Assembly (NCBI GenBank): GCA_003144275.1
Contig: NJBF01000011.1
Location: 60,001 to 92,000 of the forward strand
Reading direction: 5' to 3'
From: Candidatus Heimdallarchaeota archaeon B3_Heim
GTDB lineage: Archaea; Asgardarchaeota; Heimdallarchaeia; Hodarchaeales; Hodarchaeaceae
DNA: 32,000 bases
Shown: positions 1-8,274 of the stretch, piece by piece
How the letters are laid out: each line of letters begins with the position of its first letter
Position numbering within the stretch: the first letter of the stretch is position 1
Program-made: the position numbers and the translations under genes
Notes under the pieces: model-generated
Told to the model about the DNA's origin: nothing
What the model saw: the letters and a program-made list of their open reading frames with translations, nothing else
Databases searched by the model: none

Positions 1-2
1 AA

Positions 3-872
3 AAAAAATTAGACAAGAATGGATTCTTCAAGCTTTACATAAATCAACTAAATCAATTTATTTCAGACACTAAGGGAAAACCTACGAAGGGAAGTACACG
101 GCAATTCGACCCCTTTTTCATACCCCGATCGGGGGATGGAAGGATAGTTCTATTTGGATTATCAAATGTTGGCAAGAGTACTTTAATGAACGCCATAACC
201 AACACGGATGTAAAAACAGGTAGCTATCTTCATACTACACGAGAAGCACTTGCAGGAACTTTGGAATTTCGAGGCGTCAAAATTCAAATAATTGACTTAC
301 CTGGGTTTTTAGACTTCAAAGAAGATTGGAATATCAGTAAACAGATAGTCAGAGTGGCAAGAACTAGTGATTCTATCATATTAGTCATTGATCTTTCAAT
401 GGATATCAAAAGACAGTATAAATTTTTGATGGACCAATTGATCAACTCAAAATTACTAGAAACGGAAGAAGATTCGGAAATTTACAACCTTGGAATTATT
501 GCTACTAAAGGTGATTTACCAACTTCAAAACAGAATTATAGCATCCTAGAATCTCAGACAACAATACCCATACTACCAATCTCCAGCAATAATCCAGAGT
601 CATTAAATAATCTAAAAAGGTATATATATGATCTTCTAGACGTCATTCGAATTTATACGAAACCTCCCCGAAAAGAACCAGCAAAAATCCCATTTATAAT
701 CTCCAATGGATCAACAATTAACGAATTAGCCGAAAAAATTCATAATGATCTTGTAAGACATTTCCGTTACGCGAAAATCTGGGGATCTTCTGTTGAATTT
801 CCTGGTCAACGAGTAGGACCTGATCATCAATTGAATGATGAAGATATTGTAGAAATTACAACAGCTAGATAG
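3..872 (+). CDS. DRG/OBG-family GTPase with C-terminal TGS domain, 5'-truncated by window edge
   Basis: The frame is open from base 3 (KKLDKNGFF...), upstream of the ORF-track ATG at 186. Motifs: G1 GLSNVGKS, G2 region YLHTT, G3 DLPG, G4 TKGD, and TGS signature IYTKPP...KIH...FRYAKIWGSS...GQRVGPDHQLNDEDIVEI. Confidence 0.9.
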   Translation, partial: KKLDKNGFFKLYINQLNQFISDTKGKPTKGSTRQFDPFFIPRSGDGRIVLFGLSNVGKSTLMNAITNTDVKTGSYLHTTREALAGTLEFRGVKIQIIDLPGFLDFKEDWNISKQIVRVARTSDSIILVIDLSMDIKRQYKFLMDQLINSKLLETEEDSEIYNLGIIATKGDLPTSKQNYSILESQTTIPILPISSNNPESLNNLKRYIYDLLDVIRIYTKPPRKEPAKIPFIISNGSTINELAEKIHNDLVRHFRYAKIWGSSVEFPGQRVGPDHQLNDEDIVEITTAR

Positions 873-1012
873 ATACTTCTCGATGTCATCATCATTTATT
901 TCATTTAAAGTCATAAAAAAAAGGAGGTTTGATACACCATAATTCTTGGGGCATATCTTCAGAAATGTTATAACAATCAATTCACTTCACAAAATACCAG
1001 TGGGAAAAACGC

Positions 1013-1774
1013 ATGTGGGAAACGAAAATTACGAAAGTCTCTCCAAATGAACTCTTAATTAGAGGATATCCCCTCGATGAACTCATTGGTTCCATTTCTT
1101 ATGCAGCCGGAATTTATCTAGCATTAAAGGGAGATTTACCAACCAAACAAGAGGAAAGGGTTATTAATGCCATTCTAGTAGCAACAATGGATCATGGAGT
1201 GACTGCACCGTCGGCAGTGGCTGCTAGAACGGTAGCTTCCTGTGGAGTTCCAATTACCACCGCTATGGGTGCTGGAATACTTGCAGTTGGTGATCATCAT
1301 GGTGGGGCTGGTGAAAAATGTATCAAATTCTTAAAAAAGGCATTCGAATATCAGGAAAATGATCAATCTCTTTCAGAATTAGCTAAAAATGTTGTTACCC
1401 AAGCTAAAAAGAAAAAACAACGAATACCAGGTTTTGGACATCGTTTTCATACTGATGATCCCAGGACAAAGAAGCTCCTTCAAGTTGCATTAGATGAGGG
1501 AATTAGCGGAATGTTCGTGGAATTGGCTAAACTGATTGCATCGGAATTATCTACACAATCAAATCGACCGCTACCACTCAATGTTGATGGAGCAATCGGT
1601 GCATTACTCGCTGATATGGGATTCAAAGCTCAAATTGGTAAAGCGTTTTTTGCCATCGCACGTGTAACTGGGTTGACAGCTCATATCTTAGAGGAATATT
1701 CTCAGAGACCCGTTCGGACAATTATTCCTTCAGACGCGAAATATACTGGTGAGGAAAAAAGGCAGATACCTTGA
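1013..1774 (+). CDS. Citryl-CoA lyase / citrate synthase-fold protein
   Basis: N-terminus W-x-T-x-I...IRGY and motifs MDHG, GDHHGGA, IPGFGHRFH, DPR, NVDG. The 253-aa length fits the stand-alone citryl-CoA lyase subfamily. Confidence 0.85.
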   Translation: MWETKITKVSPNELLIRGYPLDELIGSISYAAGIYLALKGDLPTKQEERVINAILVATMDHGVTAPSAVAARTVASCGVPITTAMGAGILAVGDHHGGAGEKCIKFLKKAFEYQENDQSLSELAKNVVTQAKKKKQRIPGFGHRFHTDDPRTKKLLQVALDEGISGMFVELAKLIASELSTQSNRPLPLNVDGAIGALLADMGFKAQIGKAFFAIARVTGLTAHILEEYSQRPVRTIIPSDAKYTGEEKRQIP

Positions 1775-1779
1775 AAAGA

Positions 1780-2772
1780 TTACAAAATTTGTCTTTTGAC
1801 TTCATCTTGATCTTTCAAATGTTCTTGTTTCCAATATGGATCCCGAATAAACAGGTATGCCCCATGAGCAGCTAATGCTCCTTGTGCAGCAGCAACAGCT
1901 GCTAACTGGTAAGGGGTGACAATATCCCCAGCTGCAAAGATGCCCTCTACATTTGTGCGCATTAGGTCATCAACAATAATAAATTTACCAGAGAAATATA
2001 GTCCCAAATTCTCAAAAATTTCAGTATTAGGTTTTAATCCCACAGCAAGAATCACACAGTCTACTTCTAGGTCAAATTTCTCATTAGTATCAACATTTTC
2101 TAGAACTGCTCCTTCTACTCTTTGTTTTCCAGTAATTTCTAAAATATTGGTCTTGAACAGGATTTCTGCAAGCTTGTCGTTGGTAACTTTTGCTAAGTTC
2201 ATTTCAGATGCTCGGAAGGCATCCCGTCTGTGGGCAAGGTAAACCTTGTCAGCAACATTAGCTAAATCAATAACGGCATCAATAGCAGTATCTCCCCCAC
2301 CCACTACAAGAACGCGCTTATCATAGAAGGCTGCAGGCTCAGTGACATAGGGGTAAACACCACGGTTTTTCTTTGAGAATTTAGATTCACCAGGAATACC
2401 TAGCTCGTTAGGTTTCATTCCTGTGGCAATAATAATGGATTTTGCTTGAAATTTCGACCCTTCAGCAGATTCGAGTGTTAAATCTTTATAAATTTTAGTA
2501 ATACGATCCTTTACAAGATGTACACCATGATCAGCTGCTTGTCTTACCCATTCCGAGACTAAATGATCTGCCCGAATACTAGGAGTCCCTGGATAATTGT
2601 AAATCTTTTTATGAGGATAGATGGTAGATAAAAGACCACCCCAGGTACCACCTTCAAACACAGCCGCACGTAATCCTTTACCTGATGCGACTATTCCTGC
2701 CGATAACCCTGCAGGCCCTCCACCTACGATAATTAGATCAAAATTCATAACGCGTTCGTTTTGTTCTGACAT
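1780..2772 (-). CDS. Thioredoxin-reductase-like FAD/NAD(P)H oxidoreductase lacking CxxC (ferredoxin/flavodoxin-NADP+ reductase type)
   Basis: Has GGGPAG (FAD), GGGDTA plus HRR (NADPH) and GIFAAGD. The position of TrxR CATC reads GVYPYVTE. Confidence 0.8.
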   Translation of the reverse strand: MSEQNERVMNFDLIIVGGGPAGLSAGIVASGKGLRAAVFEGGTWGGLLSTIYPHKKIYNYPGTPSIRADHLVSEWVRQAADHGVHLVKDRITKIYKDLTLESAEGSKFQAKSIIIATGMKPNELGIPGESKFSKKNRGVYPYVTEPAAFYDKRVLVVGGGDTAIDAVIDLANVADKVYLAHRRDAFRASEMNLAKVTNDKLAEILFKTNILEITGKQRVEGAVLENVDTNEKFDLEVDCVILAVGLKPNTEIFENLGLYFSGKFIIVDDLMRTNVEGIFAAGDIVTPYQLAAVAAAQGALAAHGAYLFIRDPYWKQEHLKDQDEVKRQIL

Positions 2773-2927
2773 TCATAAAATCCCCTGAATTGGATTATTT
2801 GTCTCTTTTTTTTTCGATGTTATATTATATTACTGCTCTGTTTGTAGTAAAAAATCATTATAGTATCTAATGACAGAAATCTCAAGGAATTTTCCCTCTA
2901 ATTAGACTTTGGTAGGGATAAATGTGG

Positions 2928-2953
2928 AAAAAAATGAAGGAGTTGTTCTCCTT
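2928..2953 (-). terminator. Hairpin plus T-run terminator downstream of htpG
   Basis: Minus strand reads AAGGAG-AACAA-CTCCTT-CA-TTTTTTT, about 25 nt after the htpG stop. Confidence 0.55.
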
Positions 2954-2978
2954 AATATCAAATAATAAAACAAACACT

Positions 2979-4841
2979 TTATTTTTCTAGTATTTGCGTC
3001 ATAAAATCTGTGATACGCGCAATCATGGCAGCTGGATCTTTTAAATTACCTTCTGCTAATTCTTGACTTTCAAGTAACTGAAAACTACACTCTTTTAGTA
3101 ATGAAGATTCAGGTTCAGTTTCAAATAACTGTTTTAACGCGACGACTATTGGATGCGTTGTGTTTAATTCCATTATCTTCGCCTGAGGAACATAATCCTC
3201 GGTCATATACCGCAACATCCGTGTATAAGCAGCTGCCCCTTGCCCAAGTAACCGACAAGGACTATCAGTCAATGAATCCGTAAATCGAACATCAATCACC
3301 CGATCACCCAATATTTCTTTCATACCCACGAGGAAGGGGTCTTTTTCCTCCTCTTCCTTTTCCTTCTCGCCACCTTCTTCTTTCTCATCTGTTGAATCGG
3401 CAGGAAATTCGGGTTCAGCCTGATCAATTGCTTTAAATGCCTTTTCACTGAAAGTAGTCACATGCATCATTAAAAAAGTATCAATAGGTTCATCGAAGAG
3501 GATGATTTCTTGATCAAGTTGTTTAAAATGCTCTAGATGGGGACTTTGTTTGAGGGTTTGGAGATTTTCCCCTAAAAGGTATAAAATGTCCTCCTGTTCC
3601 TCTGGCATACTTTCAACGTATTTAGTAAGGGTAATAGGTTTCTCTTCAGATTTTGAGGTCTTAACTCGTATTAGTCCAAGCAATTTTTCCCTTCGTTTCT
3701 GATCATTAGCAATCCCTTCTTTGATGAAAACTGAAAATTGGTCATACCATGCCAGATATTTATCCTCATCTTCCTCTGCTATCTTTTCTAGCTCGCCAAT
3801 GATCTTTTTGGTTATTGCTTTCGAGATTCGACGGATGGTTCGATCAACCTGGATAACCTCACGACTGACATTTAATGGAAGATCTTCGGAATCAACAACA
3901 CCAAAAGCGAATCGGAGATATTCAGGAAGTAGATCTTTCGCTTTTTCTTGAATGAGGATTTTTTTACTATATAATTTCAAGCCGTAATCTTGGAATTGGA
4001 CAGAGGTCATTGAACGATCTCGTCTACTGGGGATAAAAAGTAAGGCGTTAAACTGGATCGGCGCATCAACGCTCATTCGTATCCTATGAAAAGGTTCTGT
4101 GAAATCCATACTTACTTGCCTGTAAAATTCATTATATTCCTCATCCTTAACCTCATCCTCTGACTGATGCCAAATTGGGGTTTGTCTATTGACGATCTCT
4201 TCTTCTTCTCCAATGCGAATAGGAAAACCAACAAAATCACTATATTTCTTAATGAGTGTTTCTAATTTGTATTTATTCAGAAATTCTTTTGCGTCTTCCT
4301 TCAATGTAAGAATAATCTCAGTTCCACGAGAGGGTTTATCAAAGTACGCAACAGAAAATTTACCAGTGCCTTCAGATCGCCATTCTATCCCTTTCGAATC
4401 GGTCACAAATGATCGTGATCGTACAGTTACGTCAGTCGCCACAATAAAGCTCGAATAAAAACCCACACCAAACTGTCCAATTAAATTAGCTACATCTGAA
4501 GAATCATCGAGTTCTTTGAGAAACTCAAGGGTTCCACTTTGAGCAATAGTCCCAAGGTTCTGAACTGATTCATCATAAGTCATACCAACACCAGAATCAG
4601 TAATTGTGATTGTATTCTCCTCTTCATCAAAGGATACATTGATGGCTAATTCTGCATCGGGATCTAGAATACCTTCTTTTTGTTCAAGCTGCACAATGCG
4701 AAAACGATGCAATGCATCAACAGCATTCGAAATTAATTCACGTAAAAAGATCTCCCGGTTCTTGTAAAGACGATTGATCAAAATATCAAGAACTTTTTGA
4801 ATTTCTGCTTGAAAATCGTATGTTTTGCTCTCTTCACTCAT
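2979..4841 (-). CDS. htpG: Hsp90-family chaperone HtpG
   Basis: FQAE, FLRELISNA, DSGVGM, IGQFGVGFYS, GVVDSEDLPLNVSRE, DSPC and ELNxxHP motifs; 620 aa. Confidence 0.97.
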   Translation of the reverse strand: MSEESKTYDFQAEIQKVLDILINRLYKNREIFLRELISNAVDALHRFRIVQLEQKEGILDPDAELAINVSFDEEENTITITDSGVGMTYDESVQNLGTIAQSGTLEFLKELDDSSDVANLIGQFGVGFYSSFIVATDVTVRSRSFVTDSKGIEWRSEGTGKFSVAYFDKPSRGTEIILTLKEDAKEFLNKYKLETLIKKYSDFVGFPIRIGEEEEIVNRQTPIWHQSEDEVKDEEYNEFYRQVSMDFTEPFHRIRMSVDAPIQFNALLFIPSRRDRSMTSVQFQDYGLKLYSKKILIQEKAKDLLPEYLRFAFGVVDSEDLPLNVSREVIQVDRTIRRISKAITKKIIGELEKIAEEDEDKYLAWYDQFSVFIKEGIANDQKRREKLLGLIRVKTSKSEEKPITLTKYVESMPEEQEDILYLLGENLQTLKQSPHLEHFKQLDQEIILFDEPIDTFLMMHVTTFSEKAFKAIDQAEPEFPADSTDEKEEGGEKEKEEEEKDPFLVGMKEILGDRVIDVRFTDSLTDSPCRLLGQGAAAYTRMLRYMTEDYVPQAKIMELNTTHPIVVALKQLFETEPESSLLKECSFQLLESQELAEGNLKDPAAMIARITDFMTQILEK

Positions 4842-5031
4842 TTAGATACACTATCCTTTGAAAATAGCCCCTTAATGCGAGTTTTAAGGGTGTAGAACAT
4901 ATATCAGATTGAAAATTAATGCTTTATGGATTCTTCAAAGAATAATACAACTTAAAAGGAGTTGTTTTTGGTTTTTGTTTGTTTACATCCGTTAGCCTGC
5001 GATTAAAAATAACAACAAGAGTTGAACAAAT

Positions 5032-5163
5032 ATGAAATGGGAATGCATGATATGCGGTTATGTCTATGATGAAGACGCAGAGGGAGTTAAATTTGAAGAC
5101 CTCCCTGATGACTGGGTATGTCCAGAGTGTGGCGCTCCTAAAGAAGATTTTGAACAAATCTAA
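5032..5163 (+). CDS. Rubredoxin, 43 aa (absent from ORF track)
   Basis: My translation: [43 protein letters not shown]. Two CxxCG knuckles and FEDLPDDW. Confidence 0.97.
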   Translation: MKWECMICGYVYDEDAEGVKFEDLPDDWVCPECGAPKEDFEQI

Positions 5164-5172
5164 TCGTCACCC

Positions 5173-5193
5173 ATTTTCTTTTTTTTCTCCTCC
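5173..5193 (+). terminator. Oligo-T stretch after rubredoxin (archaeal-type terminator)
   Basis: TTTTCTTTTTTTTCTCCTCC begins 10 nt after the rubredoxin stop. Confidence 0.45.
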
Positions 5194-5212
5194 GCTTTGT
5201 GAGGTGTATTCT

Positions 5213-6418
5213 ATGGTATGTATTGAAATCACTCCTAATATTTATTGGAATGGATTAAATGATCGAACGAGTGATCTTTTCGAGGGGATATGGCCGATCA
5301 CCAAAGAAGGTGTCTCCTATAACTCCTATATCATCGCTGATGAAAAGGTTGCATTGATTGACCTAGTTAAAGGGATTAAAACAGATGATTTTCTAAGTCA
5401 GATTGAAGAGGTTGTGGATCCTGCAACCGTAGATTATGTGATTATTAATCACATGGAGCCCGATCATACGGGTATGATTAAGACGATGCAAAAAATAGCT
5501 CCACAGGTAACATTTGTGGGCTCAGAACGAACTAAGCAGATGTTGGATAAATTCTATCACTTAAACACAAATTTTAAGGTTGTAAAAACAGGAGATACAA
5601 TTGAACTTGGAACGCATATTCTAGAATTTTATGATATACCGTTTGTCCATTGGCCAGAGACCATTGCCACCTATGAACGAACTAGTAAAATTCTCTTCCC
5701 GTGTGATGCATTTGGAGGGTATGGCGCATTAGGCGGATCAATATTTGCTGATGAGTATGAGGACTTAGACTTCTATAAGGAGGAAGCATTACGGTACTAT
5801 TCCAATATCATCGCAAAATTTAGTCGTTTCACTCTGAAGGCAATTAATTTGCTGAAAGAATTAGATATTCGAATTATCGCCCCTTCACATGGCCTTATCT
5901 GGCGAAATCCCAAAGAAATTATAGACCTTTATGAGCGATGGGCACGTTATGGAACTGAACCTGAATCTGCAGAAGAAGGCGTAACCTTCCTTTACGCGTC
6001 AATGTATGGGAATACGGAGAAACTTATGGGAGCTGTAGCTCAAGGGTTATCTCAAGAAGGAATCCCCGTAAAAATTTTCGACGTAGCCCGAACACATGTC
6101 AGCTATATACTACCATACCTGTGGAAGTATCGAGGAGTGGTCATTGGTTCACCAACGTATGAAGCAAAGTTGTTTCCGCCAATGGCTTATGTTTTGGACA
6201 TTGCAACATCAAAACGTGTAATAAATAAGGAAGTCATCCGCTTCGGTAGTTACGGCTGGTCAGGTGGAGCTCAACGTGACCTTGAACCGCGGTTGGATAA
6301 GCTAAAATGGAATCTCCTTGAATTTTTCGAATGGCAGGGAGGTCCAACGCTAGAAGATTTCCAAAAGGGGGAAGAATTAGGTAAACGGTTTGCCCAACAT
6401 CTGAAAAATTTCAATTAG
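5213..6418 (+). CDS. fprA: Flavodiiron protein (FprA; O2/NO reductase)
   Basis: Diiron ligands NHMEPDH, HWPE, CDAFG and PSHG, plus flavodoxin domain SMYGNTE/GSPT/GSYGWSG. Start moved to ATG 5213 because of SD GAGGTG at 5201-5206; the track start at 5060 overlaps rubredoxin. Confidence 0.95.
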   Translation: MVCIEITPNIYWNGLNDRTSDLFEGIWPITKEGVSYNSYIIADEKVALIDLVKGIKTDDFLSQIEEVVDPATVDYVIINHMEPDHTGMIKTMQKIAPQVTFVGSERTKQMLDKFYHLNTNFKVVKTGDTIELGTHILEFYDIPFVHWPETIATYERTSKILFPCDAFGGYGALGGSIFADEYEDLDFYKEEALRYYSNIIAKFSRFTLKAINLLKELDIRIIAPSHGLIWRNPKEIIDLYERWARYGTEPESAEEGVTFLYASMYGNTEKLMGAVAQGLSQEGIPVKIFDVARTHVSYILPYLWKYRGVVIGSPTYEAKLFPPMAYVLDIATSKRVINKEVIRFGSYGWSGGAQRDLEPRLDKLKWNLLEFFEWQGGPTLEDFQKGEELGKRFAQHLKNFN

Positions 6419-6528
6419 GAAGGGGTGATTCGCACGCGAATCTTTCGTTAAATTCAGAAAAAGATTCTTACTTACCCTGTTTATCGTCTAGTTTATCCGA
6501 ATATCAATTGTAAGAGTAGTGAATTAAA

Positions 6529-7506
6529 GTGAAATATCGTCAAATGGGTCGCACTGGGTTAAAAATAAGTGAAATTAGTCTAGGTGCCTGGCTAACCTAC
6601 GGAGGAACCGTAGAAGAACTGGGTACCCAAGCATGTATTACTAAAGCTGTTGAGCTCGGCATAAACTTCATAGATATCGCTGATGTTTATGCTCGTGGGA
6701 AAGCGGAAGAAGTTGTGGGAAAAGTCATTACCAAGGAGAATTATGATCGGAAAAATCTGGTTGTAAGTAGTAAAGTGTTCTGGCCAATGTCAGATGGGAT
6801 TAATGACCGGGGACTCTCGCGAAAGCATATTATGGAAAGTATAGATCGCTCACTAGATCGAATAGGGACAGATTATCTTGATATCTATTTTGCACATCGG
6901 TTTGATTATCACACTAAGCTCGAAGAGACACTGCGTGCCATGTCTGATCTGATAGATCAAGGCCTAGTCCATTATTGGGGTACATCTGTCTGGCCAGCAG
7001 TCCAACTAGAACGTGCAGTTTGGATGGCTAAAGATCTCGGACTACATCCTCCCGTTGTTGAACAACCGCGTTACAACATGTTAGACCGATTTATTGAACG
7101 AGATGTCATGGACACCTGTGATCGGAATGGGATTGGGATAGTATGCTGGTCACCTTTAGCCCAAGGGGTGTTAACTGGAAAATATAATGATGGAGTGCCT
7201 GAAAATAGTCGAGCTACAACTAGTAACTTCATTCAGCGTGATTTAACGGAAGAAAATTTATCCAAAGTCCGTCAATTGAAAGATATAGCCACAAGTAAGG
7301 AAATAACTGTCGGTCAGCTTGCCCTTGCGTGGATTCTTCGTAGAAGTGAAATATCATGTGCTATCACTGGAGCCACTTCTGAAGCCCATGTTCTTTCTAA
7401 TGTTACGGCTTCTGATATAACCTTAGATAACCAAACTCTTGAAGAAATAGAAGGCATACTGAACAATAAACCAAAACAACATCCAGTCTATCTCCCACCA
7501 TGGTAA
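6529..7506 (+). CDS. Aldo-keto reductase (Kv-beta/YajO-like subfamily)
   Basis: GRTGLKISEISLG, DIADVY, SSK, YFAHRFD, EQPRYN, WSPLAQGVLTGKY and AITGA motifs; GTG start. Confidence 0.93.
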   Translation: MKYRQMGRTGLKISEISLGAWLTYGGTVEELGTQACITKAVELGINFIDIADVYARGKAEEVVGKVITKENYDRKNLVVSSKVFWPMSDGINDRGLSRKHIMESIDRSLDRIGTDYLDIYFAHRFDYHTKLEETLRAMSDLIDQGLVHYWGTSVWPAVQLERAVWMAKDLGLHPPVVEQPRYNMLDRFIERDVMDTCDRNGIGIVCWSPLAQGVLTGKYNDGVPENSRATTSNFIQRDLTEENLSKVRQLKDIATSKEITVGQLALAWILRRSEISCAITGATSEAHVLSNVTASDITLDNQTLEEIEGILNNKPKQHPVYLPPW

Positions 7507-7654
7507 AAAAAATGAAATAAAAGACAATTTATGCAATTTTTGGATAAATTGAGGTAAGAAAATTATATTTTTTTACGTTGGACTAGAGGGGGTAATTATT
7601 GGGGGAGAATTTTTTCCAGTAACTGCATAAATTGTGATTTAAGATTGGGAACTG

Positions 7655-7822
7655 TTAAGCGGCGGATCGATTAACTTTCTCTGTGGATTTGACTGTTGGT
7701 CTGAGATTCTGGGTATATAATACACCATTATAATTCAGGTATTCTAAGGTGAGTCGAAGGCGAGTCTCTTGATGGATTAAAGCTAGCCGCTCGTCGGAGT
7801 TCAGCTTTGTTGTTGGAGTCAT
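7655..7822 (-). CDS. Microprotein B (55 aa), paralog in the YLxYxG triplet
   Basis: MTPTTKLNSDERLALIHQETRLRLTLEYLNYNGVLYTQNLRPTVKSTEKVNRSAA*. SD-like GAGGAA upstream, TATA (TATAAAAA) at 7857-7864, and the core motif shared with two neighbouring ORFs. Confidence 0.8.
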   Translation of the reverse strand: MTPTTKLNSDERLALIHQETRLRLTLEYLNYNGVLYTQNLRPTVKSTEKVNRSAA

Positions 7823-7920
7823 TTAGTTCCTCGAGATATTACCATTCTCAAACTAATTTTTATATTCCCATAACATTTCCAGAATATAACTAGTTCTGGG
7901 ATCTCTCCTTCAAAGTCTCT

Positions 7921-7954
7921 ATTAAAAAAAGAGAAAAGGAGAAAAGGGAAAAAT
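7921..7954 (-). terminator. Pyrimidine/T-rich terminator after microprotein A
   Basis: Minus strand TTTTTCCCTTTTCTCCTTTTCTCTTTTTTT lies between ORF A and the ORF B promoter. Confidence 0.55.
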
Positions 7955-8043
7955 TGGCCGTCGCTAGTCTTCTTGACCCGACTCAAATTATCAAAAGGTG
8001 TTATTTCAGATTTGTGATGTTAATATGAAGACAAACTGCAATG

Positions 8044-8199
8044 TTAATATGCAGATGAACCAATAATCTTCAGTGAACCTTTCTGATCCTCCGTACTCGG
8101 TTCAGCACGAAGGTTCGTGAATACGGGTCCAGTGTAATTGAGATACTCGATAGTTGACTGTAGTCGTTCTTGTGAAGGTCGTAGTAAGGGACGTGCCAT
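8044..8199 (-). CDS. Microprotein A (51 aa), paralog in the YLxYxG triplet
   Basis: MARPLLRPSQERLQSTIEYLNYTGPVFTNLRAEPSTEDQKGSLKIIGSSAY*. TATA-like GTTAAATA ends 24 nt upstream of the ATG (leaderless geometry); shares the core motif. Confidence 0.8.
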   Translation of the reverse strand: MARPLLRPSQERLQSTIEYLNYTGPVFTNLRAEPSTEDQKGSLKIIGSSAY

Positions 8200-8200
8200 A

Positions 8201-8242
8201 CTAGAAATGTTGTTCTAGATACTATTTAACTGTTCTAGATAC
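8201..8242 (-). promoter_or_regulatory. Promoter of microprotein A: TATA box flanked by 12-bp direct repeats
   Basis: TGTTCTAGATAC at 8211-8222 and 8231-8242 exactly brackets tatttaac (8223-8230). An inverted repeat CTAGAA-N6-TTCTAG lies at 8201-8218. Confidence 0.6.
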
Positions 8243-8274
8243 CTAGGTAGTACGTGGGGAGGAAATTATTGGTG

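Noticed and set aside
726-980. Minus-strand 84-aa ORF
   Set aside because: It overlaps the TGS-coding end of the GTPase, has no motif, and lacks the YLxYxG core.
2937-4966. AAGGAGTTGTT present on both sides of htpG (2937-2947 and 4956-4966)
   Set aside because: An 11-mer in low-complexity, terminator-like hairpin contexts, with no transposase or integrase nearby. Not enough to call a target-site duplication.
4924-5157. Minus-strand 77-aa ORF
   Set aside because: Antisense shadow of rubredoxin.
5060-5212. N-terminal extension of FprA in the ORF track
   Set aside because: It overlaps the rubredoxin gene and its T-run. The SD-supported start is 5213.
6428-6443. GATTCGC-AC-GCGAATC palindrome between fprA and the AKR gene
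   Set aside because: Single occurrence with a 2-nt loop and no T-run, so it cannot be assigned as operator or terminator.
8100-8160. Plus-strand peptide FSTKVREYGSSVI resembling an AbrB/MazE start
   Set aside because: No start codon, and it closes after a few codons.
7950-8200. Possible SRP RNA or RNase P RNA
   Set aside because: No SRP helix-8 (GNRA loop with AGCAG) or RNase P GAGGAAAGUCC signature on either strand. The region is better explained by ORF A.
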